A DNA stretch of 64,000 nucleotides from an uncultured Acidimicrobiaceae bacterium (GTDB lineage Bacteria > Actinomycetota > Acidimicrobiia > Acidimicrobiales > Bog-793). The notes under the pieces are model-generated. The model searched no databases and was not told where the DNA came from. It saw nothing but the letters and a program-made list of their open reading frames with translations. Position numbers and translations under genes: made by a program. Where the stretch lies: NCBI GenBank assembly GCA_963841155.1, contig CAWJBM010000002.1, positions 424,238 through 488,237 of the forward strand, read 5' to 3'. Positions within the stretch are counted from its first letter, which is position 1. Every line of letters begins with the position of its first letter. Positions 27,319 to 37,461 of this stretch are shown here, piece after piece.

Positions 27319-28509
27319 TCAGGCCCTGAACACAAATGCCCGCCCGGCACGGCTGTCCTGGTCGTATGCACCCACGACAACGGTCGTGCCCGAGATGGCC
27401 ACGGAGTTGCCGAAGTTGTCGTTTGCGACAATGTCGGAGCCCTTCAGCTCTTGCGTCTCTTTCCAGCCGGACGCCGTCTTGGTGAACACGTACGCCCGAC
27501 CGGCAAGATTGCCGTGATCGTATGCACCCACCACAACGGTCGTGCCCGAGATCGACGCCGAGATGCCAAAGTAGTCGCCTGCGGTAGTGTCGGAGCCCTT
27601 CAGCTCGGCCGTCTCTCTCCAGACGCCCGCCGTCTCGGTGAACACGTACGCCCTGCCCGCAGAGTTGCCCTGGCCATATGCACCCACTACGGCCGCCGTG
27701 CCCGAGATGGCAACCGCGCTACCGAAAGTGTCGCCGGAGACGATGTCGGAGCCCTTCAGCACGGCGACTTGGTCCCAGCCGGTCGCAGTCCTGGTGAACA
27801 CGTACGCAGCGCCGGCACCCTTGGCGTGACCCTCCGCACTCACGACAACGGTCCTGCCCAAGACGGCCACAGAGGTGCCAAACCCATCCCTGGTGATGTT
27901 GCCGGAGCCCTTCAGCTCGGCGGCCTGTTCCCAGCCGGACGCCGTCTTGGTGAACACGTACGCCCTGCCCTCATAGTTGGCGTAGCCAGCGGCCCCCACC
28001 ACAGCAGTCATGCCTGAGACGGCCACCGACCAGCCGAACAAGTCGTCTGTGACAGTGTCGGAGCCCTTCAGCTCGGCGGCCTGCCTCCAGCCGGACGCCG
28101 TCTTGGTGAACACGTACGCCCGACCGGCATCCTTGGCGTGGTCGTATGCACCCACCACAACGGTCGTGCCCGAGATGGCCACCGAGCTGCCGAAGTCATC
28201 GCCGGGGTTGGTGTCGGAGCCCTCCAGCTCGGCGGCCTGTTTCCACCCGGAGGCTGTCTTGGTGAACACGTACGCCCGACCGGCGTAGCTGGTGCCTGAG
28301 GTACCCACGACGGCCGTCGTGCCCGAGACGGCCACGGAGGTGCCGAACTCGTCGCTGGCGACGGTATCGGAGCCCTTCAGCTCGGCCAGCTGCTTTCCAG
28401 TCGCCGGGCCGGTACGCGGAGCCGTCGTGCTGCAGCCCGCCAGGAGGGGCAGGGAGATCGCGCCAACCGTGAGGAGCCCAGACAGGCTGGCCGTCAGGGA
28501 CTTGCGCAT
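27319..28509 (-). CDS. Lipoprotein with seven FG-GAP-like repeats (predicted 7-bladed beta-propeller)
   Basis: 396 aa. Signal plus lipobox LPLLAGCS. Seven units of about 51 aa follow the pattern ELKGSDT..D.FG.SVAISGTTVVVGAY.....GRAYVFTKTASGW. Confidence 0.85.
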   Translation of the reverse strand: MRKSLTASLSGLLTVGAISLPLLAGCSTTAPRTGPATGKQLAELKGSDTVASDEFGTSVAVSGTTAVVGTSGTSYAGRAYVFTKTASGWKQAAELEGSDTNPGDDFGSSVAISGTTVVVGAYDHAKDAGRAYVFTKTASGWRQAAELKGSDTVTDDLFGWSVAVSGMTAVVGAAGYANYEGRAYVFTKTASGWEQAAELKGSGNITRDGFGTSVAVLGRTVVVSAEGHAKGAGAAYVFTRTATGWDQVAVLKGSDIVSGDTFGSAVAISGTAAVVGAYGQGNSAGRAYVFTETAGVWRETAELKGSDTTAGDYFGISASISGTTVVVGAYDHGNLAGRAYVFTKTASGWKETQELKGSDIVANDNFGNSVAISGTTVVVGAYDQDSRAGRAFVFRA

Positions 28510-28813
28510 GTGACGCCTCCGATCATGGGCTCAGGGCCCTGTCTGCGATACGTAGCTCATCATGGGCTGACGCTGCCCGCAGCAGGTGCCGCGAACCGCA
28601 AGCCTCGCGCCCGCATGCAAAGGGCGCAAAGCTTGCTGCCTCCCGCTTCACGTGCGACTGGCATCGTGCGACCCGGAACCTGGAACGAGAGCTCCACTTC
28701 GGGTGTCCCCGGAGGTGCGGAAGCGCCCCGGTGACCGGCGGCACGGGGCCCTTGGCCCGAGCAGGGTCACGGCACATCGCCGCGGTCATGGCCGATGCCG
28801 GCTTCTTGCCTGC

Positions 28814-29265
28814 GGCACCGTGATCGAGCGCCTGACGCGATGTGGCAGGGTGCATTGTCGCTGTCGTGCCAACCCGGCCGTCCTGCGCGGTCCCCATCAC
28901 CGGTGGACCCGCAAAGTGAACAACAAGACCGTGACGCGTCTGTTGAGTGACGACAGTTCGCGAACCACGGACCCTGGTTCGACAACGAGCGTCGCCTGCA
29001 CCCTTCGGTCGCAGTGCTCGAGGCCAACAACCTCGAGGCGCCGGGCACGAACCCGCTGGGGCCGCTGCCCGGCAAAGCCCTGGGCGTGCGTACGCCGGGC
29101 CTGGCGCGTGGGTTGGCTCAGAAGAGGCAGGAAGAGCCCGGGTCGGGTCCTGAGGTGAAGACTCCACCGGCACTTCTCCTAGCGGAAGGCTCACGCAGGT
29201 CCGGACGCTCGGTCCTTACCTTGCGTGCGCGACTCGTGCACGAATCCCTCGGCGGTCGTCGGTAG
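28814..29265 (+). pseudogene. Remnant of a small Cys-rich conserved hypothetical (CG..C.C ... WTRKV..KTVT motif), frameshifted
   Basis: Frame 1 reads GTVIERLTRCGRVHCRCRANPAVLRGPHHRWTRKVNNKTVTRLLSDD. After a shift it continues QFANHGPWFDNERRLHPSVAVLEANNLE. I recognise the motif from small actinobacterial hypotheticals often found near mobile DNA, but I cannot verify the family name. Confidence 0.4.
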
Positions 29266-29412
29266 TGGCAGCAGACGATGCGCTCCAGGGACATCCGCGG
29301 CCGATCGGTCCGCTTCTGCGACTGCTTGCGCATGGATCGAGAGGATCAAGCGCGGAGCCGAGCGCCCGGGACGGGCTTGGGCGGTCGAGCTGTCACCCGG
29401 GGGCCGGCCAGG

Positions 29413-30456
29413 TCACTTGGCACCCGCGGAGGTCACCACGAAGTGGTCTTCCTCGATCTCGACGAGGGGTGGAACCTCCTCGTGCGTCCGCAGGTAAGTG
29501 TCGGTACGGACCAAGGCCGCGGCGGTGTCGAACTCGGCCGCGGCTGCCTGGGCTCGACGCCCCTTCCGGGTGTGCATGGCCGCGAGCGGGTGCATGCTGC
29601 TCCTCGAGTAGCGGCCCGGGCGCCCGCCGTCCTCCGAGCCGACCCCGATGGCCTCCTGCTCGGGGCCCAAACCGGCCTCCCACTTCTTGTGGAGCCGAGG
29701 CACGGCGGTCAGCAGCAGCTTGGTGTAATCGTGCTGCGGGTTGTCGAACACCTTCTGGGTCGCGCCCATCTCGACCACGACGCCACGGCGCAGGATGATC
29801 GTTCGCTCGCTGATGTAGTTGCCGAGGGAGAGATCGTGGGTGATGAACAGCACACCGAGCCCGCGGCTCTTGAGGTTCGCCAGGAGGTTGAGCACGTCCA
29901 CCCGGGTCGACGCATCGATCATGCTAATGATCTCGTCTGCGACGAGGATCTTGATGTCGAGCAGAAGCGCCCGTGCAATGAGGATCCGCTGGAGCTGCCC
30001 ACCCGAGAGCTGATGGGTGAACTTGTCGAGCACGTCCACGGGGTTGAGGCCAACAGACTCGAGCGACGCCGCCACTCGCTCGTGCCACTCCGCGCTGCTG
30101 ACCTTGGGGAAGTACGAGCGCTTGATCGTCGCGAAGACACGATCAGCCCTGAACACGGGGTTGTACGAGCTGAACGGGTCCTGGAACACGCCCTGGACGT
30201 GACGGTAGTACTCCCGGAGCCGCTTGCCTTTCAGTCCGGCGATGTCGGTGCCCTCGAAGGTGATCGTGCCCGAGGTGACGGGCGTTAGCCGCAGGATCAT
30301 CTTCCCGAGCGTTGACTTCCCACTGCCGCTCTCGCCGATGAGGGAGGTCACCTCGCCGGGGCGGATCTCGAAGCTCGCCCCGCGCACCGCCGGCAGCGAC
30401 CCGCCGCCGAAGGTGCCCGTCTTGAAGACCTTGGTGACATTCTCGACTGTCAGCAC
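29413..30456 (-). CDS. Opp/Dpp-type ABC transporter ATP-binding protein (OppF/DppF-like)
   Basis: 347 aa. Walker A GESGSGKST, signature LSGGQLQR, Walker B ILVADE, and an oligopeptide-type C-terminal region plus about 90 extra residues. Confidence 0.9.
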   Translation of the reverse strand: MLTVENVTKVFKTGTFGGGSLPAVRGASFEIRPGEVTSLIGESGSGKSTLGKMILRLTPVTSGTITFEGTDIAGLKGKRLREYYRHVQGVFQDPFSSYNPVFRADRVFATIKRSYFPKVSSAEWHERVAASLESVGLNPVDVLDKFTHQLSGGQLQRILIARALLLDIKILVADEIISMIDASTRVDVLNLLANLKSRGLGVLFITHDLSLGNYISERTIILRRGVVVEMGATQKVFDNPQHDYTKLLLTAVPRLHKKWEAGLGPEQEAIGVGSEDGGRPGRYSRSSMHPLAAMHTRKGRRAQAAAAEFDTAAALVRTDTYLRTHEEVPPLVEIEEDHFVVTSAGAK

Positions 30457-31436
30457 GGCTCAGCACCTCCCGCCGGCGGAACGCCGTCCGCATGAAGCCA
30501 GCACGCCACCGAATGACCAGGCTTGACCTCCACGAACGGCGGCTCGGCCTCACAGCGGTCGAAGGCGAACGGGCAACGGTCGCGGAACCTGCAGCCAGCC
30601 GGGGGATTGAGGAGCGGGGGCGGGCGGCCCGGGATACCGACAAGCGTCTTCTCGTCGTGACGGACCCCCACCTCCGGGAGCGAGGAGATGAGCAACTGGG
30701 TGTAGGGGTGAAGCGGGCTGTTGATGACCACGTCGCTACTCGCCTTCTCGGCGAGCTTGCCTGCGTACATGATCAGGATCGTGTCCGCGACCTGCGCCAG
30801 GATCGACAGGTCGTGAGTGATCACCATCGTGGTCTTCACGAAGTTCCGATCGCGGAACTCGAGCAGCATCTCGCCGACCGCGCGCTGGGTTGAGACGTCC
30901 AGGGCGGAAGTGATCTCGTCGGCGATGAGCAGCGACGGGTTGAGCAGTGTCGAGATGATCATCACGACGCGCTGCTTCATGCCGCCTGAAAGCTCGATCG
31001 GGTACCGCCTGAGGATGTCAGCGTCGAGCCCGACCAGTTTGACGCGGCGCTCGAGCTCAGGAAGCGCGGACTTGTAGTCGAAGCCCCTCGACCTCAGCAG
31101 CTCGGACACCATCTTGCCGACCCGGCGCGTCGGATTCAGCGCGCTCATCGCGTACTGCGGGACGATCGACACCTGCTTGAAGCGGAAGTCGCGCATTGCC
31201 TTCGCGTCCGATATCGGCAGTTCCTCGCCGTCCAATTCGACCCGACCGCCGAGCTGGTGCATGCGCACGTCCATGCGGATGAGGCTATTGCCGAGCGTCG
31301 ACTTACCGCAGCCGGATTCACCGGCTAGCCCCATGATCTCCCCGTCAGCGATGTCGAAGGTGACGTCGTCCACCGCCGTGACGTCGCCGCGCAGCGTGCG
31401 ATAGCAGATCCTCAGATGGTCTACCTTGAGTCCCAC
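30450..31436 (-). CDS. Opp/Dpp-type ABC transporter ATP-binding protein (OppD/DppD-like)
   Basis: 328 aa. GESGCGKST, LSGGMKQR, LLIADE, and a C-terminal C..RC....C region typical of OppD. Confidence 0.9.
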   Translation of the reverse strand: MGLKVDHLRICYRTLRGDVTAVDDVTFDIADGEIMGLAGESGCGKSTLGNSLIRMDVRMHQLGGRVELDGEELPISDAKAMRDFRFKQVSIVPQYAMSALNPTRRVGKMVSELLRSRGFDYKSALPELERRVKLVGLDADILRRYPIELSGGMKQRVVMIISTLLNPSLLIADEITSALDVSTQRAVGEMLLEFRDRNFVKTTMVITHDLSILAQVADTILIMYAGKLAEKASSDVVINSPLHPYTQLLISSLPEVGVRHDEKTLVGIPGRPPPLLNPPAGCRFRDRCPFAFDRCEAEPPFVEVKPGHSVACWLHADGVPPAGGAEPC

Positions 31437-31440
31437 CGTC

Positions 31441-32361
31441 TTACAGTTCCCTCAGCTTGGGGTTGAATACCTCGTCGAGGCCGACGTTGGCCAAGTAGAG
31501 GCCCCCGACGACGCAGGTGATCGCGGCGCCCGGCGGAACGAACCACCACCATGTATGCAGCGGGAGCGCGCTCCAGTCGGCGGCGTTCATCATCATGATG
31601 CCGAGAGACATGCCGCCGGCCGGGCCGAGGCCGAGAAAGTCGAAGCTTGCCGCCACGAGAATCGAGCCACCGAAAAGGAGGATGAACACCAGGAACAGAT
31701 AGGAACTCATGTTGGGCGCGATCTCTCGCACAATGATCGATCGGCTCTTCTCGCCCGAAAGCCGGGCGAGGCCGACGAAGTCCCGCGAAACCAACGAGAA
31801 GGTCTGTGCCCGAATCGCCCGCATGGACCATGTCCACGTGGTGCCCGCGATCAGGAGCCCTTCGATGAGCGGGCTCGTGTGGTGAAGAAAGCCCGCAATA
31901 AGGATCAGCAGCACCAAGCCAGGGATCGTGAGCTCCACGTTGCAGAGCACGTTGAGCCCCTCGTCAATGAGGCCCCCCTTGTAGCCGGAAATAAAGCCGA
32001 GGGTCATGCCGATCACGGTCGCGCCGCAACCGCCTATGAGCCCTACGAGCAGGCTCTCCCGCAAGCCATATACGAACTGGGTAAAGACATCTAGGCCGAA
32101 GTAGTCCGTGCCGAAAGGGTACGACGCCGACGGGGGGCGCCTCGGCGGGCCGTATGTGGTCAGCGAGTGTTGAACGAACAGCGGGCCGAAGATCGCGAAG
32201 AGAACGAACAGCAGCACGACGCTGAGCCCGATGATCAGCTTCTTGTTGCGCAGCGCGAAGTAGAGGAACTCGAAGCGCCTACGCTTCGGCGCGCCTGCGC
32301 CGGCGCCCGCGACGGGCGCGCCCCTGTCTGCGTAGGCCTCGTCGGTTCCGAGCACCGTCAT
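31441..32361 (-). CDS. ABC transporter permease (OppC/DppC-like)
   Basis: 306 aa, multi-TM, with the binding-protein-dependent transport EAA-like loop (AIRAQTFSLVSRDFVGLARLSGEK). Confidence 0.9.
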   Translation of the reverse strand: MTVLGTDEAYADRGAPVAGAGAGAPKRRRFEFLYFALRNKKLIIGLSVVLLFVLFAIFGPLFVQHSLTTYGPPRRPPSASYPFGTDYFGLDVFTQFVYGLRESLLVGLIGGCGATVIGMTLGFISGYKGGLIDEGLNVLCNVELTIPGLVLLILIAGFLHHTSPLIEGLLIAGTTWTWSMRAIRAQTFSLVSRDFVGLARLSGEKSRSIIVREIAPNMSSYLFLVFILLFGGSILVAASFDFLGLGPAGGMSLGIMMMNAADWSALPLHTWWWFVPPGAAITCVVGGLYLANVGLDEVFNPKLREL

Positions 32362-32388
32362 GTTGGCCTCCTGGGCGCGGCGTTGGGT

Positions 32389-33381
32389 CTACGCACCGCT
32401 GATCCCCACCCGGGTGCGAGGATCGACGATCACGTAGACGATGTCGACGATGAAGTTGGCAGCGAGAACGCCGAGAATGATGAACAAGAAGATGCCTTGC
32501 AGCAAGAAGTAGTCGTCGTTGCCGACGGCCTGGAAGATGAGGTAGCCGAGACCGGGGTACGCGAACGTCACCTCGGTGACGATCGCCCCGCCCACGATGA
32601 CTCCGAGCTGCAGAGCCAGCCCGGTGAGCTGAGGCAGCATCGCGTTGCGGTACGCGTACTTGCGTACGAGCCTGATGGGCGCACCAAGTGCCTCTAGGTA
32701 GTGGGTGTAGTCGGACTCGAGCTCGTAGATGATGAGGTTCCTCATCCCGATCGCCCAGCCGCCGAAGGCGACGAGGAACAAGGTGAGGAACGGCAGGAAC
32801 CAGTGCGTCACGAGGCTCCAGATGAAGGTCCAGTCCCAGTTCGGGAGGATGCCGAACGCGAAGCCACCCGAGAGGGGGAAGAAGTGGCCGATGCCACCGG
32901 CAGCGAGCAGGAAGGCGAGAAGCAGAGCCAGCCAAGGATACGCGGTCGCCGTGAGGAGGTAGCCGACCGGAAGGACCGTGTTGTCCAGCGACTTGCGGCG
33001 AGCCGCCATGGCGCCGACCTTGTTCCCCGCGTAGTACGCCAGCAAGATCGCTGGGATGAGCAGCGCCAGGGTGAACAACACGTAGTCGGCGATAACCGAC
33101 GTGACCGGCTTTGGGAAGTCGTAGATGCTCACCCCGAGGTTCCCGTGGAAAAGGGCAGTCCAGAAGCTCAGGTACTGCTTCCACCACGGGCGGTCGAAGC
33201 CGAAGCTGTGCATGTACAGCTTGTAGGTCGCGTTGTACGTCCCGGGCTGCAGCTCGATCTTCGACAGCAACTGCTCAATTGGGTTACCGGGGACCAGTCT
33301 CGGCAGGAGCCAGTCGAGCGTGGCCGCGATGAAGAACGTAAGAATGTAGATGAGGAGCTTCCTCGCCAGGTACCGTCGCAC
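32389..33381 (-). CDS. ABC transporter permease (OppB/DppB-like)
   Basis: 330 aa. MRRYLARKLLIYILTFFIAATLDWLLPRLVPGNP is the typical OppB N-terminus. EAA region ESDYTHYLEALGAP. Confidence 0.9.
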   Translation of the reverse strand: MRRYLARKLLIYILTFFIAATLDWLLPRLVPGNPIEQLLSKIELQPGTYNATYKLYMHSFGFDRPWWKQYLSFWTALFHGNLGVSIYDFPKPVTSVIADYVLFTLALLIPAILLAYYAGNKVGAMAARRKSLDNTVLPVGYLLTATAYPWLALLLAFLLAAGGIGHFFPLSGGFAFGILPNWDWTFIWSLVTHWFLPFLTLFLVAFGGWAIGMRNLIIYELESDYTHYLEALGAPIRLVRKYAYRNAMLPQLTGLALQLGVIVGGAIVTEVTFAYPGLGYLIFQAVGNDDYFLLQGIFLFIILGVLAANFIVDIVYVIVDPRTRVGISGA

Positions 33382-33484
33382 GGCTCTCCCTCGTGGATCC
33401 GCTGCCCGTTGCGACCGGCCACCCCACCCCTGCGCTTGGCAGGAGGCGAGGTGGCCGGGTTCGCATCAGGCTAGCTGATAACCG

Positions 33485-35251
33485 CTATGACGCTCCGGGG
33501 ACGGGCTCTAGCTGAGCCAGCCCAAGAACAGTGGTCATGTTGCCGAGCCAGCCACCCCACATGACGGGGGTGTACCGGTCGTTCGGATTGGTCGAAACCG
33601 GGAAGTCCTTCCAGTACGTGGTTTCGTACTGCGCCCACGCGCCGTTGTACCAGAGCGGGATCTCCGGCAGTGTCTGCAGGAAGATCGTCTCGAGTTGCGT
33701 GTAGATCGCTTGGATCGCCTTGGTGTTCGACGGCGCGATTCCACCGATCTCCCCGACGAGCTTCCACGCTGCCGGGTTGTTGTCGCGCTCCCAGTTGAGC
33801 TGCGCAGTCTGCTGCTTCGCGATCGGCAGCTGGAATACGCGGTCGAAGTACGACCACGGGTTGGAGCTCGGTCCAGCGTTGTTGTCAAGCGCCAGCTGGT
33901 AGGTCCCGTCTGTCAGGTTGGTATTGCGTGTCAGGTCCTGGGGGAAGTACGCCACGGCATTGATGCCGACCGCCTTGAGCTGGTTGACAATGACGTCGGT
34001 GGCTGAGTTCCAGTCCGTCCAGCCGTCCGGGTCCTGGATCGTGATGGCCTCACCCTTCTTGTAGCCGCCGGCCTGCTTCTCCGACGCCGCCAAGAAGGCC
34101 TTTGCCTTGGCCGGGTTGTAGCTGAACTCGTACTTCTTGACGCTCGACGCGATGAACGGGTCGAGGTTAGGAAGCAGTCCGGTCGGATTCGCCGCGTCCA
34201 CGAGGTTGTCGTAGATCACCGACACGATCTGTGCCGGGTTGATCCCGTACGCCAGCGCCTCACGGAAGTTCAGGTTGCTCATCGGAGCCTCGGTCAAGTT
34301 GGGCTCCAGCCAGACGGTGTTGGCCGACATCATGTACGGCGCCGACGGATAGTAGGTCACGATGCCGTACCCGCCGTTGCTGTTGAGCTTTCCTGTGGAG
34401 GCCGGTGAGCTGATCAGCGACGCTATGCCCGGAAGGAAGTTGTTGCTCAGGTCGATGTTGGCCAGGAGCAACTGGCCGAGCTCGACGTTGTTGCTGCCGT
34501 TCACGACGTCAACGAGGTACTTGAAGTGGAACTTCAGGCCGAGGTCGAAGCGCCCCCACCAGTTGGGGTTGACAACGTAAGCAACCTCTTGGTCGTTCTC
34601 GGCGTAGAGCGTCATCGGGCCGGACCCGACCGGGTTGAGGTTCGCGCCGGTCACCTGGTTCGTCGCTGTCATCGCCGACCAGATCGCCTTGTTGACGATC
34701 GGGTTGTGCCAGAGGAAGTTCTGCCACTGCGTGTACGCCGCACTCTTGAAGGTGACAACCACCTTTGAGCTCGTGGGCGCCGTGACACTCTTGATGTACG
34801 GACCCAGGTTGCTGTAAGGCACAGCCGAGTTCGTCTTCGCGAGCATGATCGTGTAGAGAACGTCGGCCGAAGTAAGCGGTTTCCCGTTGCTCCACTTGAT
34901 GCCGTTGCGCAACTGAATGGTGCACGTGAGTCCGCTAACGGTAACGCTCCTGGCCAGCCAGTTGACGTAACCGTTGGTCACCGGGTTGTACAGCTCCAGG
35001 GTCTCGTAGATCAGCCCCTGTGTGCCGGTCGCCATGGCGCCCGTGTTCATCGGGTTCCAGGCGACCGGTGCGCTGTACGCGACACCACTCGTGTAGACGG
35101 TCTGGTTGCGCGGGAGGCTGGTCAACGACAATTTCGCGCTCGCATGACGCGTCGCAGCGGAAGCGCCCATCGTGAGCAGCGGCAGCATCAGTGACGCCGC
35201 CGCGACGGCGACGGCGAACCCGACTGCCATCTTTCTCTTGTGGATTAACAT
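33485..35251 (-). CDS. ABC transporter substrate-binding protein, family 5 (peptide/oligosaccharide type)
   Basis: 588 aa with an N-terminal signal (AVAVAAASLMLPLLTMGASA). Size and composition fit SBP family 5, and it is the first transporter gene of the operon. Confidence 0.85.
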   Translation of the reverse strand: MLIHKRKMAVGFAVAVAAASLMLPLLTMGASAATRHASAKLSLTSLPRNQTVYTSGVAYSAPVAWNPMNTGAMATGTQGLIYETLELYNPVTNGYVNWLARSVTVSGLTCTIQLRNGIKWSNGKPLTSADVLYTIMLAKTNSAVPYSNLGPYIKSVTAPTSSKVVVTFKSAAYTQWQNFLWHNPIVNKAIWSAMTATNQVTGANLNPVGSGPMTLYAENDQEVAYVVNPNWWGRFDLGLKFHFKYLVDVVNGSNNVELGQLLLANIDLSNNFLPGIASLISSPASTGKLNSNGGYGIVTYYPSAPYMMSANTVWLEPNLTEAPMSNLNFREALAYGINPAQIVSVIYDNLVDAANPTGLLPNLDPFIASSVKKYEFSYNPAKAKAFLAASEKQAGGYKKGEAITIQDPDGWTDWNSATDVIVNQLKAVGINAVAYFPQDLTRNTNLTDGTYQLALDNNAGPSSNPWSYFDRVFQLPIAKQQTAQLNWERDNNPAAWKLVGEIGGIAPSNTKAIQAIYTQLETIFLQTLPEIPLWYNGAWAQYETTYWKDFPVSTNPNDRYTPVMWGGWLGNMTTVLGLAQLEPVPGAS

Positions 35252-35357
35252 AATTCCGGTTTTCTCCTGTCTTGGGTTGCTCGCAGCGACGCTGCGCCCG
35301 TAGTGCCGCCCCTGCCTGGCCGCTCGATCTCCGACCGGTCCTGCACGGGCTGATGAC

Positions 35358-37337
35358 TCAGAATACGCCCTCTTCCTCCTCCTCTCTCGTGCTCTCCACT
35401 AATTCCCATGCCGGTCCGGGACGTCGTCCGGTCGGCGCCGCGGTGCTGGAGCCCTCACAACGCACCGCCACGACGCCGAACGGCTCCAGCCTCGACCATA
35501 CTCCAGTCGGCGGCAGCTCTACCGAACCGGTCAAGTTGGGTTCGACGGCGACGGTGTCGCTCGAGCAGTTGACGAACACGGCGATCTCACCGTTCCCGAC
35601 GCGGATGCCGCCGACGAGCACGCGGGGATCGTCCACGCGCACCGGCCTTGCGACACCGGCCGCCGAGGCCAGGGCGGAATACAGCCGCCACGTGTCCTCC
35701 GGGTTCGCCGAGGCTCGGTGGGCGGCCATGTGCTCAACCGGATAAGTGCAAAGCACGGTCGAGCCGGTGCCGATGGAATGCCGAAGCAGTGCAGGACGCC
35801 CAGTGCCGTCGACGGCCAAGACCTTCGCGTCGATCGGCTCCACGGGCAGGTAGGACCTGGCGCTCGGGCTCCCGCCGACCTTGAAGGACAATTCCGCGCC
35901 GGGGCCGAGCTCGCCCAGATCCTCGAGGAACTCGAAGGTGACCACGTCCTCGACGATCGGGTCGACGAGGCCGTAACGCAGGAGGTGGCGCACGCCGAAG
36001 AGATCGTCGAGCCAGGACATCCACGGGCCCCGCTGTCTGTTCGTGCTCCCCGCGAAATACGACACGTACACGGTGGCGCCGCCTTCCGCGAGCGCGTGGA
36101 GCCGGTCCCACCCCGGTCCGGTGATCAGCTTGGCGCTCGGGACGAGGTACAGGCGCGCGCCCGCCGGCAGGCCGTCGCGCTCCCGCAGCAGTGAAACCGG
36201 CAGGTCCGCCTCCTTTGCGGCGACGTAGCACTGCAGCAAGTCGTCCCGGATGTCGTCGCGGAACTGCTGGGGGGCGAAGGGGAGCACCCGCTCGAAGTGC
36301 TCGGGTACGACGATGGCCGCGTCGCCGGCTACGATCTCCCACCCGTCGGGCGCGAGCTCACCCAGCTTGTCGGCGAAACGCTTCACCTCGACGAGCTGGG
36401 GCTTCGGACTGCCCTTCGAGTCGGTCAGCCCGAAATGGAGCTCGAAGACGTGGTGACGGTAGGGATCCTCGTCGCGCAGCTCGTCGTAGTCGCAGTTGTT
36501 CCAGGCGATCCAGCCGCGGCATCCGGCAAGCAGCGTGGTGTAGAGGACCTGACGGTAGTAGCCGGCCGCGTTCTCTCCCGAGGCGAAATCGGAGCTGACG
36601 CCGAACTCTTCGAGGATGACGGGCTTGCCGAAGGATCTCGAGAGCTCACAGACGAAAGCCGCCGTGAGGATCTGGCGGACCTGGTCGTCCTGCATCGTGT
36701 AGACGTGCGGGCCGATGAAGTCGACGATCGGCGCAAGCGCGCGCAGCGAGTAGCCGTTGTCGCGCCCGGACACCTCCACGCCCCACACGCCGTCTCCGAG
36801 CGACACCGGCTGGGTCGCGCCCGATGACCGTATGGCCTGGACGAGGATGCGCGCCCAGGCGGTGACCTCGTCCGTCGTGCCGGCCCCCCCGTAATGCGGC
36901 ATCTCGTTGGAAACGAGCCAGCCGACGATCGACGGGTGGGCACCGAAGCGCCGGGCGATCTCCGCGGCAAACCAGGCCTGCTGGGACACGAACCACACAT
37001 CGCGGTACAGGTCTCGTCCCGCCCGCCACGCAGGATCCCAGTTCTGGCCGGACATGTGGCCGACGATGAAGGTGGGGATCGTGCCCAGACCCGCCTCCGA
37101 GTGTGCGTCGAGAAAGTCACTGAATCGCTCAAGCACCGACGGGTCGAGGTGCTCGGGCTCCGGCACGAAGTCAGGCCAGAAGCAGAAGGAGCGAGTGACG
37201 TTGCAGCCGTGCCCGGCGAGCACCGCCAGCTCCTGGCGCACAACTCTGGCGTCGTAGCGACTCCACATGTGCGGCCCGCCCGTACGCGACCAGAAGTTGG
37301 CCCCGATCCAGGGACGACCCCGGCCGAGCTGAGACAC
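35358..37337 (-). CDS. Glycoside hydrolase, clan GH-A catalytic domain (GH5-like) with a GH42-like C-terminal domain
   Basis: 659 aa. Acid/base region GWLVSNEMPHYG and nucleophile region KPVILEEFGVS. No signal peptide, so an intracellular oligosaccharide-cleaving role is likely. Confidence 0.8.
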   Translation of the reverse strand: MSQLGRGRPWIGANFWSRTGGPHMWSRYDARVVRQELAVLAGHGCNVTRSFCFWPDFVPEPEHLDPSVLERFSDFLDAHSEAGLGTIPTFIVGHMSGQNWDPAWRAGRDLYRDVWFVSQQAWFAAEIARRFGAHPSIVGWLVSNEMPHYGGAGTTDEVTAWARILVQAIRSSGATQPVSLGDGVWGVEVSGRDNGYSLRALAPIVDFIGPHVYTMQDDQVRQILTAAFVCELSRSFGKPVILEEFGVSSDFASGENAAGYYRQVLYTTLLAGCRGWIAWNNCDYDELRDEDPYRHHVFELHFGLTDSKGSPKPQLVEVKRFADKLGELAPDGWEIVAGDAAIVVPEHFERVLPFAPQQFRDDIRDDLLQCYVAAKEADLPVSLLRERDGLPAGARLYLVPSAKLITGPGWDRLHALAEGGATVYVSYFAGSTNRQRGPWMSWLDDLFGVRHLLRYGLVDPIVEDVVTFEFLEDLGELGPGAELSFKVGGSPSARSYLPVEPIDAKVLAVDGTGRPALLRHSIGTGSTVLCTYPVEHMAAHRASANPEDTWRLYSALASAAGVARPVRVDDPRVLVGGIRVGNGEIAVFVNCSSDTVAVEPNLTGSVELPPTGVWSRLEPFGVVAVRCEGSSTAAPTGRRPGPAWELVESTREEEEEGVF

Positions 37338-37461
37338 CGCTTATCCCTGAGCTTCCCGTGGTTGAGCGCGCACCACTAAAGAGCCGCTCGACCAAGGGCA
37401 CGCCTGACATCGTGCCGTAAACATTCCGTAACGTACAGTCAACTACTTTTTCGGTTAAGCG

